DNA of 64,000 nt from the NCBI GenBank assembly GCA_964252035.1, contig OZ176203.1. One strand, given 5' to 3'. The DNA is from Podarcis erhardii. Taxonomy: Eukaryota. A model generated the notes under the pieces. The model was not told where the DNA came from, made no database searches, and worked only from the letters and a program-made list of their open reading frames with translations. This document shows positions 37,595 to 49,406 of this stretch, in pieces; position 1 is the first letter of the stretch; every line of letters begins with the position of its first letter. The translations under genes were made by a program, and so were the position numbers.

Positions 37595-38224
37595 CGTTGT
37601 AAGAAAAACTGCTCCCTTTCCCTTTCCAGACCCTGTTAGAGTCCTTAAGTAGGTTTCCTATCGGTAGGAGAAAATAACAGAGGCCAACCAGAGTATATTG
37701 AGAAGCAAAGTGGCTAGTAAGCCTGATTTTTATTAAGGGAACAATTGCAACAGGGTCCCCACTCACCACATGCAGGAGGGAGGAGAACCCTGAACAATGG
37801 TGTGCAAGCCCTTATGTAGACTTTTGAAATTGCCCACCCTGTAGGCCAACACCCCCCCCCCAATAGTCATACATACATCACAGAAAGAGGTGGTCTACAG
37901 CAGAAATCCTGTCTGCCAGGATACCTGCTAATGCTCACTGACTGCATTACCTGGGCAGTCTGGCCATGCTTTTGTGATGGTAAATACTTTAGTTCCTGAA
38001 TCCAGGTCACAGGTTCACCCTATTCATACACAAATACGCCGGTAAGACAGGATTTGTCAATGGAAAAGGCAATGGGAATGCTTTCCCCATTTGCCTCCCT
38101 TACTGCAGAGGAATATTTGAGGTCATTGGGAGAGTCAAAATGGCTTCAGGATTGCTCTCCTATACTATTTCTTTGAAGACGAAGCCTGATGTCAGAGCAC
38201 ACATCAAGGCAGGAGAAAATAACA
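37595..38224 (-). mobile_element. Solo LTR, same family as 51790-52816, pointing toward the APOBEC-like gene
   Basis: About 560 bp align in reverse complement to the 51.8-52.8 kb copy and join across that copy's L2 insertion site; TSD not confirmed. Confidence 0.8.
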
Positions 38225-41200
38225 GCAACAATAACTTGAGGTTTCAAGGTGATGCTCCAAAATAGTAATTTATCATTACAACTAAAAGCTCCAGTTGAAG
38301 GCTTTGCCTTTGCCTCTTCTTCTTTTTTGAACGTATATCAAACCATTCATGACACGTCTCTGTGGATCTTGATTGCACTTTATCGCAGCTTCACAGTGAG
38401 ACAATTGAATTGTATAAATGAACATAAAGCAGTTTCAGTATGACTACTCCCCTCCTGGCAACAACTTCCACGTTACTAGGGGGGAAAAGACACACTTAAA
38501 AAAAAAAAAAAGTTTGATGCGGTTTTAGAACACTAGATGGCACTCTTTGTGTGCTTAAGCTAACACTTCACCCAAATTCTATGGAGAGCAACCTTAAGGG
38601 GTTTTTTGTTAAGTGAAAAGTGTATCTATTTGTACCAAACATGCCAAAGAAATAACAAAATATCCTATGGTGCCTAAATTTAACATTTGCAGAGACAAGC
38701 AGTTTCTGATCTTTGCATCAGTCATTTTCAAAATTTCCTGCCTTCAGAGAACCCTTTCTCTCTTTATCAATTTTTTGCCCTGCTGAGAAACCTTTGTGAA
38801 TCCTTTACTGAATCTTTGCACATTGCAAAGTATATGGGGGAGTATTCTAGAGCCACGGCTGTCCATTTTCCAATCTTTAGAGAAGCTTTTCCACACCAAC
38901 ATGTTTGCCATGGGACTAGAAGATTCTGAGGAGTGTTTAGAGCGCACACACCCTGTTCACGTGGAATATGATTTCAGAGTAAAATATATGTGAGGCTGCA
39001 TCTCCCCATTTGTGGGGAGGGGGAGAGATTAGCGGGCACAGGGTCTACTAGATTCTGTGTGGACCCTGCTACTGACATTAACTGTAGAGTTGGCCCAACT
39101 GCTTACCAGGGGTGCCAACTTAAATAAAATATTGTGGGGGCCCAGGTAAACCCTGCCCTGCATAACCAATCACATGACACAGGGCACACAAACCATTTGA
39201 ATAGAAATGCCCATCAATTTTGGGGGCCCCACCCCCTCAAATGTTTTATTGTGGGGGCTGAAGCCCGCCACGTCCACTAGGAGTTGGCTCCTGTGCCCCC
39301 TACAATGCAGAAATCTTTTTTTTAATTTAATTTTTATTAAAGTTTTTATCTCTACAAAATAACAAAGAAGAAAAGGTTTACAGATACTGTATGTACATGT
39401 TGGTAACACAAAACATCCCCCCATCTCACCCCTCCCTCCATTGGTTCGACATAACTCGAAATGTGAGTTAAAATCTGACTTCCTTCCATCGTTGCTTGAC
39501 TTAATTCTACAACTTATCTTTACAGTTGTGTTGTTATATTGTATTTGACAAATATTGTTTACTTGCATTTGTAACCTTTCCCCCTTACAAACTTAGTTCT
39601 TTACATATCAATATTTCTGTACCGGAGTAGTGTTTTATCGTATATTCATTCACACAACCCCATTCTTTTATTAAATTTTGATTTGTTTGACCTCTTAATA
39701 GCTGCTGGAATCTTTTGCTCAACGTGGGGCTCGAACCACACAACCCTGAGATTTAGAGTCTCATGTTTTTCTCCCCACCTCCTGCCGTGGCTGCCATGCA
39801 GTGTGGGGGTTGTACCAGCTTGGCAGCTCCGTCGAGCTCTGCTGCTGCAATTCATGGGTTTGGATTTAGTCAGCTGAACTCAGCTCACATTGATTTGTTT
39901 GGTGCATTTTCTTTGGCATGACTAACTTTTCAACCGTTCAACAGAAAAAGTTCCGCTGGCCGAGGCTGCAATCCTGTGTGTACACAACAACCTGGGAATA
40001 AGTTCCACTGACCTCAACAGGACTTACTTCTGAGTTGGCATGCGTAGGCTAGCACTGGATCCATCCGACTAGTTTTGTATAACTGCCAACATGGCTTCCA
40101 CCACAAACTCTGAGAACTTCAGTCTGATGGGGATACTGGGAAGAATTAGGGGTTCCTGGTAGTCCCTCTTAACCAAAATGCAATTCCTACGCTTCCCTTG
40201 ATGCTGAAACCAGTTTAAGGCTGTAATCCTATGAACAGTTACATGGGAATAAATTCAGCTGAACACCCTTCAGAGTGGACATGCATATGTTTGTGCTATT
40301 GAGTCTGTCTTCTCCTTGCACCTTGTATGTGGCACTAACAGGTTGGAAGAACACAGCGGGAAAGGGAATTTTTCAGAGCGCAGGAACTGCTCAGCTAGTA
40401 AAGTGGATTTCTTCCAGTGCTTCAAACAGTATGTCCAAAGAGTTCATCAGATACGCTTTCCCAGTATTATGCTTCCAGAGTTCAAACAGCTTTATCAGAT
40501 GCTAACAAAATACCTTTGCTAGTCAAACAGGAAATTACCCCGAGGATATGGTTTTTGAACATTTATTCAAGATGTATTCTGAGTGCCGTTTCGGCTTTTA
40601 CTTTGAGTCACCGGTGGAGATGGAGCTGTTCTGCCCTAATCGGAACTTCTCTGATCGTTCTGAAATGTAGCTCTCGTGCCACAAAAATAAGAACCGCAAA
40701 GAGAAACTGGCAAAAACAATTCTGAATGCCTAAAGAACTGTATGCGAATCCCGAAATGTTCCAATTTCTGCAAAGGAAATCTTAGTGCTTTTCAAAGGGT
40801 TATAACATTTTGCTGTTTTATTGCAAAATAATGCACGGCCCTAAAACCTGAATAGAGTGTTTTCAGATTTATGTTTAGCGGTACAGTCACCCATTGCAAG
40901 TGATGTTTGTTGTCCATTTACTTTACTGGGGTGTGTGAAGGAATGCATGGCTATAACACATCCTTGCCTGAATTGAACAAGTCAGCCCAGAGTCAATGCC
41001 TAGAAGGATGTAAGAACATAGCAGCCGATTGGATCATCCCAGCCGGTCATCTAGCTAGGTATCCTGTTCTCATACTGGCCAGTTTAATGCCTGTGGGGAA
41101 TCTGCAAGCAGATTGATTCTGTACTGTAAGCAGGGTAAAGTGTAAATCACACTGAGAGGTTTTATTTACAGCTGAACGCTGTACAGATTTGGTTGAATAA

Positions 41201-41717
41201 ATTTTAAAAGGGGGCTGCTGCCTCAAGCAAAACGTACACAGGGATATTAAATGCTAATTGAATGTCATAAAACATTTGACATGTGGGTGGTAGTGGTATC
41301 TGTGACTTGCTAGTCATTCAATGTCAGAGAGTGTGTTGCCTCTGTAGGACTAGATTGTCCTTGATAATAACGTTCCGTGTTTCAGCTCCATATTATGCAG
41401 TTCATTACTTATTGAGATCTGCAGGGTCTAAGAACTTTTTTTGGCTGTATGAGTTATTAAGATATTACTGGTTAAGCAGGGTTTTAGCCTCTGAGTATGA
41501 TGACGCTTAGTTGAGTTTGTGTTGTTCTCACTGCTGTTGACACCGTATTGCTGCTGGTTAGATTGTATTCTTGTTCGGATGCGCATGTGTTTGTTGGTTC
41601 TTAATATTGTCCTGTTTTTCGAACACAGCACAGAAAAATCTGACAACAAAGAGTTGATTCCTTACTCAGGACATACCTTGCCAGTCAGTGCCATGATAAG
41701 CAGCTTCCTTTGTCCTT

Positions 41718-41962
41718 TAACTCCTGCCAACCTAGCAGTTCGAAAATACGTCAAAGTGCAAGTAGATAAATAGGTACCGTTCCGGCGGGAAGGTAAACAG
41801 CATTTTTGTGAGCTGCTCTTGTTCGCCAGAAGCGGCTTAGTCATGCTGGCCACATGACCGGAAGCTGTACGCCGGCTCCCTCGGCCAATAAAGCGAGATG
41901 AGCGCCGCAACCCCAGAGTCGGCCACGACTGGTCAGGGGTCCCTTTACCCTTTTACCTTGCC
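41718..41962 (+). mobile_element. Sauria SINE, 5'-truncated
   Basis: Body and (ttacc) tail match the other copies. Confidence 0.85.
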
Positions 41963-43692
41963 CTTTAAATGTTCTTCCACCTTGTCTATGAGTAATTTAT
42001 ACAGTGGTACCTCGGGTTAAATACTTAATTCGTTATGGAGGTCCGTTCTTAACCTGAAACTGTTCTTAACCTGAAGCACTACTTTAGCCAATGGGGCCTC
42101 CTGCTGCTGCCATGCTGCCGGAGCATGATTTCTGTTCTCATCCTGAAGCAAAGTTCTTAACTCGAGGTACTATTTCTGGGTTAGCGGAGTCTGTAACCTG
42201 AAGCGTATGTAACCTGAAGCATATGTAACCTGAGGTACCACTTTAGAGGTTGGGCCTGGGAGACTACAAGGCGCATTCCCAAGGGCGACAGGAGGAATCC
42301 GATATACCCATCTGATACCAGTCCTATATGAAAACCCCAGGGATTGAATCTGGGATCTTCTGCATCGATCACTGAGCTACATCCCTTCCTGTATAGTTCA
42401 GGTTTTCCCATCGACCGAAATGATCCCCTTCACTTCGACAAGGTTAGTACTGAAGAAGTGCCTGGAAGATATGCTTGCAGTATCTGCACGAAAAAATAAT
42501 TTTAATGCCTTAAAAACATATACCATATTTTCCCATGTATAAGACGACCTTTTTTTCCGGATTTTTTTTTTTGTGATAAATTGAGGGTCGTCTTATACAC
42601 GGGTTAATATGCTAAGTAAGGAAGGGCTGGTGCTGCAGCGGTAGCAGGGAAATATCGGAGAGGAGGCTGCTTACCTGCCCTTCCCGGCTTAGGAAGAGTA
42701 TTTGGTGAGTGCCAGTATGCGGTGTATTACGGCACCAGTTCCGTCAGCCAGAGCGGGGGATTGCCGAAAAGCTGCTCAACAGCTCAGCGACCTTACAAAA
42801 GAAGCTCAGCAACTGTTGAGGGCTCCCAAAAAGAGGGGTCGTCTTATACACGGGGTCGTGTTATACACGGAAAAATACGGTAAGAAGATGAATCTTTGCG
42901 TGCAGTGTCCGGCTGCTCAGATGCAGCTTGTCCGTGAGCTTTCTGTTTTAGCCACACAATTAATTCCCTTGTGGGTACTTAAACTTCTAGCAGAGTCAAA
43001 GTTTTCACCCTGAGATATTGTAATTAAGTTAAATGGGGGAAACAGAAGTAAAGGTAGCAGCAATGTAGATATTCAGATCACCTCTGAAATTCAGAACTCA
43101 TGGATGAGGCCTGTGGGGGAAACTAGGGATCCACCGATCACACTAATTAAACACTAACAAGACGTTTGTCCTTGGTTTGCCAAATTCAGCATGTTTCCGG
43201 TATTAACTCCCTGCACAATTAGAATTTTCGTTTGCAATTGTTAAATTTGTCATCATTTACCGCTGCACATTTGCACAGCAGGGGATGCAAGCCACATGCT
43301 CCTTCCCCTATGCCTGTGGTCCTCCTTCAACCAATAAAAGTCACTCATAGTATTTATTTACAGCATCAGAAAAGGCACTGTACGCATTTCTTGCTTTTTT
43401 TTTTCACCTGGAAGGAAAGAGAGGGAGTTATGCAATTCGCCTTGCCCGTATGGCTGCTGCATTGGAAAATTGGAGTTGACTGTTGAATCCTCATTGAGCA
43501 GAGGGCCTTCTCGGTAGTGGCACCCGCCCTGTGGAACGCCCTCCATCAGATGTCAAGGAAATAAACAACTATCTGACTTTTAGAAGACATCTGAAGGCAG
43601 CCCTGTTTAGGGAAGTTTTAATGTTTGATGTTTTATCGTGTTTTTTGTTCTGTTGGGAGCCGCCCAGAGCCAGATGGGTGGGGTATAAATAA

Positions 43693-43733
<41 letters not shown>

Positions 43734-46617
43734 TTCAGGCTCCTCTGCTCTAGCAGACTTAACTGGTTTATTAAAAGGGTTCTATGCAGTTCTCTGGCAG
43801 AGTTTTTATGTTGGCCTGCAGTAGCATCTCCCCCGACCCCAGTCCAAAGGAAGAGACAGAGATGGAGGAGGTTGAAGACTGTATTCCGCATGAGGTGATT
43901 AATTCACAATCCAAAAGAGGGTGGTAAATGTGAACAAGGCCTCCACATCTCACCAGCCACCATGCAGTGGTAGAGAGGTTTGGCATCAGCTGTGTATGTT
44001 TCCCAACAACACACCCTCCAACGTGTTGAAACCAAAAACCACGATGCATGGCTCCCTAACCACACTCTTGCGTGAGTCCCGTGATCTGTGCAAGATCACA
44101 GAGCTCTGTGATCTCGTGCGAGGTCACGATCTTATGTATTTTGCCCCCAAATGTGTGTTTTGGGGCTCCTCGATCTCTCGCATTTTTGGGATCTTTCGGG
44201 ATGTCCCCAATTAATTGGGGCAGTTGAAAGGGATGCAATAAGACCTTTAGAGCTCCTAAGCACTGAAAAGACTACGGTGCCCCCTATACGTAGTTCAAAA
44301 TAAAAACAATAGCAAAATGTAAAATTTAAAATTAAAATACAACAATAAAACAAAGCAAAGATTTTTTATGTCGAATGACAGGGTATGATTTGCTTTCCTC
44401 ATTTTAATCCACTTTAGTAGGATGTCCTCTGGTTGACGTGGGGATAAATAATAAAAAAGAACAAAAAATGTGGGAAGAGTGTGTTGTGGACTGTAGGAAA
44501 GTCTTACTAAGTTTTGATTTCCCCCATGATGAGTCCTTCAGTGCTTTTTTTTTTTTTTAAAGATCAAAGTCAGAATATCTCTTTTTCGTGTCCCTAGTTT
44601 GCCCTAAACATGTGCTTCGTTTTGCCTTTTGGACAACCCAGTTCTGTTTCCCAGGCATTTTCTTGAAGCCTTTAATTGAGATGGTTTCATGCACTCTTCA
44701 TCCCGTCTCCTTCCATTCCACTTTGATCTTGCTTGAGGAAAACTTTACCTAAGAGAGTTTTGTTGTTGCTCCAACAAAACATAATTCTGGGGACACTTTC
44801 TCCAGTTATATCTTTGCCAGTCACAGGGAGGTTCGCTGCAAAAAATCCTGAGGATCCATCTTGATAAGATAGAATGAGTTGGTTTATTGTGAGGAACAGT
44901 TTGCATTTATCCTTCCTGGAATTAACTGCTCTCCAAACTCTTGTTTCTGGCTCCAGCATTTTGATTCATCTGCCCTGTCATCTGATCTTGACAAATCTCT
45001 GAATGAATTGAATGTGTGCGTGGAGTGGGTGAGGAGGAGAGAAATGGCAAGAGCTTATGGGGACGCTTTCCCTTTATTAACCCTTGGTTAATAATGTGTG
45101 AAGAGCTAACAACGAAAAAGGCTCCAGTGTTCTTTTGTCAAAGAGCTTGGAGGGACGCTTCTTGAAAGGAGCCATTCTTTCCTTAATACATACTCAATTA
45201 GTGAGGGAGCCCCGTGCTAAGCGACCACGAGGCGGAGAGGAAGTCTTTTCTTGGATGACTTTCCAGTGACTTTCAGAGATTTATGGGCATCTCACAAAAG
45301 GAAGCATTGTAATGACAACATACGAAGCGTTTCTCCAAAAATCTCAATGCGCGGTACCTTGCTTTGTGAGCAAGAGAAGCTTTTCAACGGTGCCGCTGCT
45401 GTGCCTTTTCATAATGTGTCAAAAAACCATTTTTTTAAGAAGACGACCAAGTGTTAAAATTAATTAATATTTTGTGCTTGGCGGGAAAACTTGCCATGCC
45501 ATGTCCAAACAGGAAACATAGCAATACATAGTGTTTGTCAGCACTTGCTGAATGATGAATGTGCATCTGTGTAGCATTACAAGTATGACACCGTGAGACT
45601 TCTCCTGTGTGGTGCCAGGACCCCTTTTGTTCTTGAAAGTTAGATTCACGGTCAGGTTGGAAGAACCTGAGTGAATATTTTTTACTGGGACCAGCGTTAA
45701 CTTGGCATGTGACCTGTGCAAGCATACGAGTAGCACCTCAGCATGGAGTGATTACAGTAGGGCTCATTGGAGCCTGATTTCCCCTCTCCCACCGCTTGGC
45801 GTACACACATGCAGTGTGATGGGCCTTTTCAGAAACCAGGAAGTCTGTGCACACTTCCCATACCCTGTGCGGTTTGCTGTGTGCAGATGAAGGGCTGGCT
45901 ATGAATATTTTGAATAAATAAATAAATCTCCATCCAGCTTTCCCTCTCACCTGATCCCAAAGAAAGGGCTATATAGGGATGTGGAAAGGGTGCGCAGATG
46001 TGCTAATCTCTACTATCTCCTCGTGCACACATGCTGTGAAGGTGGGAAACAGGGCTCTGTTGTGTCCTATGAAAAACCTCCTTGTATGAGGCCTGTGGGC
46101 AACCTAACCTAAACAGCCTCGGCCCAGTATACCTGAAGGAGCGTCTCCACTCCCATCGTTCATCCCGGACACTGAGGTCCAGCTCCAAGGGCCTTCTGGT
46201 GGTTCCCTCACTGTGAGAAGTGAAGCTACAGGGAACCAGGCAGAGGGCCTTCTCGGTAGTGGCGCCCGCCCTATGGAATGCCCTCCCATCAGATGTCAAA
46301 GAAAATAAACAACTATCTGAAGACATCTGTAGGCAGCCCTGCTTAAGGAAGTTTTTAATATTTGATGTTTTATCAGTTTATTATTATTACAGTGGTACCT
46401 CTGGTTACAAACTTAATTTGTTCCAGAGGTCCGTTCTTAACCTGAAACCATTCTTAACCTGAGGTACCACTTTAGCTAATGAGGCCTCCTGCGACCGCCG
46501 CGTGATTTCTGTTCTCATCCTGAGGTAAAGTTCCTAACCCAAGGTACTACCGGTACTTCCGGGTTAGCGGAGACTGTAACCCAAAGTGTTTGTAACCCGA
46601 GGTACCACTTTTTTTTA

Positions 46618-46618
<1 letters not shown>

Positions 46619-46673
<55 letters not shown>
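46619..46673. repeat. (ATT)n microsatellite; others: (GAT)n about 43695-43731, (AAT)n about 51925-51970, (AAAG)n about 59433-59476
   Basis: Direct inspection. Confidence 0.95.
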
Positions 46674-46674
<1 letters not shown>

Positions 46675-46837
46675 TGGGAGCCACCCAGAGTGGCTGGGGG
46701 AACCCAGCCAGATGGATGGGGTATTATTATTATTAATAATAATATCCTCACGTTTACTGTGCACTCACTGCATTTCCAGTGCTGGGTTTTTAATCAGTGT
46801 TCACAAAACATTATCCAAAATGCATATGTGTCCTGTA

Positions 46838-47067
46838 AAAAGGTAAAGGTCCAGTTGTAACCGACTCTGGGGTTGCGGCACTCATCTCTCTTTATTGGCT
46901 GAGGGAGCCGGTGTACAGCTTCCGGGTCATGTGGCCTGCATGACGAACCAGAGCAGTGCACAGAAACGCCGTTTACCTTCCCGCTGGAGCGGCACCTGTT
47001 TATCTACTTGCACTTTGACATACTTTCGAACTGCTAGGTTGGCAGGAGCAGGGACCGAGCAACGGGA
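46838..47067 (-). mobile_element. Sauria SINE, partial
   Basis: aaggtaaaggt tail and body; head region missing. Confidence 0.8.
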
Positions 47068-47250
47068 TGTTGCAAAGCCCTGCTGGTTGATGTGTTGCTT
47101 CTCTAAGCAGCTTCACACCCTTAAGCCATTCCTAATTCACCTCTAGCCAAGGTATGAACACTTTCACATGGGGTAAAGACATCACCACCTGTCAGCAGCC
47201 CCTGGTGTGTGCACAAACAGAAAGAAATCTTGACATTGATTAAGCCGTGT

Positions 47251-47818
47251 TGTCATGGACTAGTTGGACACAATGGAACAGTGGGAAGAACCATCTGGGG
47301 AACCACAAAGGAAGTAGGCTCAGACCCCAGGGAGTGGTGGTGGGACAATGATGAGTGGTCAGAGAGAGAAGATGGGGAAGATGCTGTGTCAGAAGCTGAA
47401 GAGACAACAGAGTTTAGTGAGGAGGAATATGCTGGGGCAGAGAACAGTCCTGATTCAGAGGCTGGAGATGAGGAGGGCCAGGAGACAGAGATGAGGCTGG
47501 CTGCTGAAGAGTCCAGGGAGTCTCCCCCTCCTGTTGCGGCCAGCTCCTTTCCCTGTGGTCTCCCAGAACACACAGTGAAATGAAAAGAGCAGAGGAGAGA
47601 TTTGTTGTGTGCAGGCGCAGTCTGTGCCTGCCTGGAAAGAACCCTGAAGAGGAGAGGAACTTCTGCCCTCACAGCTGCCTCATTGGGGTCAAGGCCTACT
47701 GGGAAGAGTTGCTGGAATCACTAGGTCTGCACTGTTTTGGTTTCTTTGAATAAAGAGTTAACTTTACTGACACCAGGTTTTTCCGTTGCGGACCTTCACC
47801 TGACTCTGGCTCCTGACA
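47251..47818 (+). mobile_element. LTR-like element (GA-rich, tgtca...tgaca) within a nested cluster
   Basis: TG..CA ends, aataaagagttaac near the 3' end; a second related segment at about 47820-48608 carries a MITE in its aataaagagtTAac site. Confidence 0.6.
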
Positions 47819-48040
47819 GCGTGAAACGAGAGGAGCAAAGACAGATACACAGGCGTAGTCTCCGATTGCTTAGAAAAAGCTCTGGAGAGGAGGAGACAGA
47901 GACTGCTGTGGGGAGGCAGGAACCTTCAGTGTGGCAACTGATTTCATGGAGTAAGACCTATGGGGAATGAGCTGCTGAGCTCATTAGTCCTGACACTCCA
48001 CCAAGTCTGTGGAGATAGTGGGTTTGCTAATAAAGAGTTA

Positions 48041-48560
48041 CCCTATTTTTCGCTCTATAGGACGCACCCGACCATAGGATGCACCTTGTTTTAGAGGGGG
48101 AGAGCAAGTAAACAAAATTCTCCCCCTCTCTGCTCAGCACCCCTTCAGCGAAGTGGCAGGAGAAACGGAGCCCCTTCCATTTCTCCTCCCGCTTGGCTGA
48201 AGGGGCGCTGCGCAGCTCTCCCTCTCTGCTGAAGCCAGGAGAATCTTGCTCTCCTGGCTTCAGCAAAAGGAACCTGAAGCCTGTGGAGTGCAGCAGGAAC
48301 TTGTGCTGCGCTCTGAAGTCTTCAGGGGCCATCCCTGAAGCCTGGAGAGCGAGAGGGGTCGGTGTGCACCGACCCCTCTCGCTCTCCAGGCTTCAGCGAA
48401 AGCAACGCAAAGCCTCCAGAGCGTGCTCCCTCTGCGCTTTGGAGGCTTCGCGTTGCTGTCACTGAAGCCAAGGAGCCTGCATTTGCTCCATAGGATGCAC
48501 ACACATTTTCCCTTAATTTTTGGAGGGGAAACAGTGCGTCCTATAGAGCGAAAAATACGG
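48041..48560. mobile_element. Tc2/Kanga-like MITE; related copies at 26825-27227, 42523-42880, 60115-60373
   Basis: ccgtattttt...aaaaatacgg TIRs; TA TSD. Confidence 0.8.
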
Positions 48561-49270
48561 TAACTCCAACTTCAAACTGTGATTTGCTGGACTGGCTGGT
48601 TTTGTGACAGTTGATGTGAGCAACTGGGGTGGGGTGGGGGAAAGCGCTGTAAAATCTGGATGGTAGGGGAACAAATTCACTGTACTCTGAGGCAGTAATG
48701 TGAACACACTACTAGAAGAGATCTGCTCCAAGTTCTTGTGTTAATTGCTCCAGTATCTCCCCAGCCCCCACTTCTAATTTTCCTTCAGCAGTAAATTTGC
48801 ATTATTCCCTCAAAGCAAAGCTAATGAAATTATTTAAACCTGAATGAGTTTTGGGTTTTATGTGACACGCAATCAATTTATTACATTATTTCACTGGATT
48901 GTTCTATTGCTGGAAGCAGCGCGAGAAATTCCTCATAGATGACTTTTGGAGGTAACCCGTGTCTCTTTCCAAGCGCATCTCAATAATGCTGTGTTATGAT
49001 CCTTGAATAATTAAATTAGTGGGGTTTCATTGGAAAGGGGATTTAGCATTCTCCACATCGTCTGCTGGGCTAATCCACATTACAGGAAAAGCAAAGAATC
49101 AGTCGTTTGGCACTTGTTTATATGAATAGTCAAGTCAGCTGAAGTGTGGTTATGACATTGAATTTGGATGGTCACTTACAGATTTCAAAAAAAGGGGGAA
49201 AGTATCACCGGAATTAGAGGACAAAAAAAGAACACTGATTTACATAAGTTTTGCATAAGTTACTTTAGAC

Positions 49271-49406
49271 CAGTGTTTCCCAAACTTGCGTCGCCTGCTG
49301 TTTTTGGACTGCAATTCCCATCATCCCTGTCCATTGGTACTGCTACCTAGGGATAATGGGAGTTGTAGTCCAAAAACAGCTGGAGATCCAAGTTTGGAAA
49401 ACGCTG
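49271..49406. mobile_element. 136-bp hAT MITE with 8-bp TSD; related copies at about 37352-37487 and 58176-58312
   Basis: TSD ctttagac; same internal ctacaa/ttgtag palindrome. Confidence 0.88.

Noticed and set aside
39700-39793. tRNA-Lys-like sequence (also at about 20288-20360)
   Set aside because: Degenerate stems and attached CR1-type tails identify SINE heads, not tRNA genes.
40332-40525. Possible plus-strand exon after ctaacag
   Set aside because: All three frames stop with no donor identified and no recognisable homology.
47209-47672. Acidic 124-aa and Ser-rich 139-aa opposite-strand ORFs
   Set aside because: Both lie within an LTR-like element; compositional artefacts.
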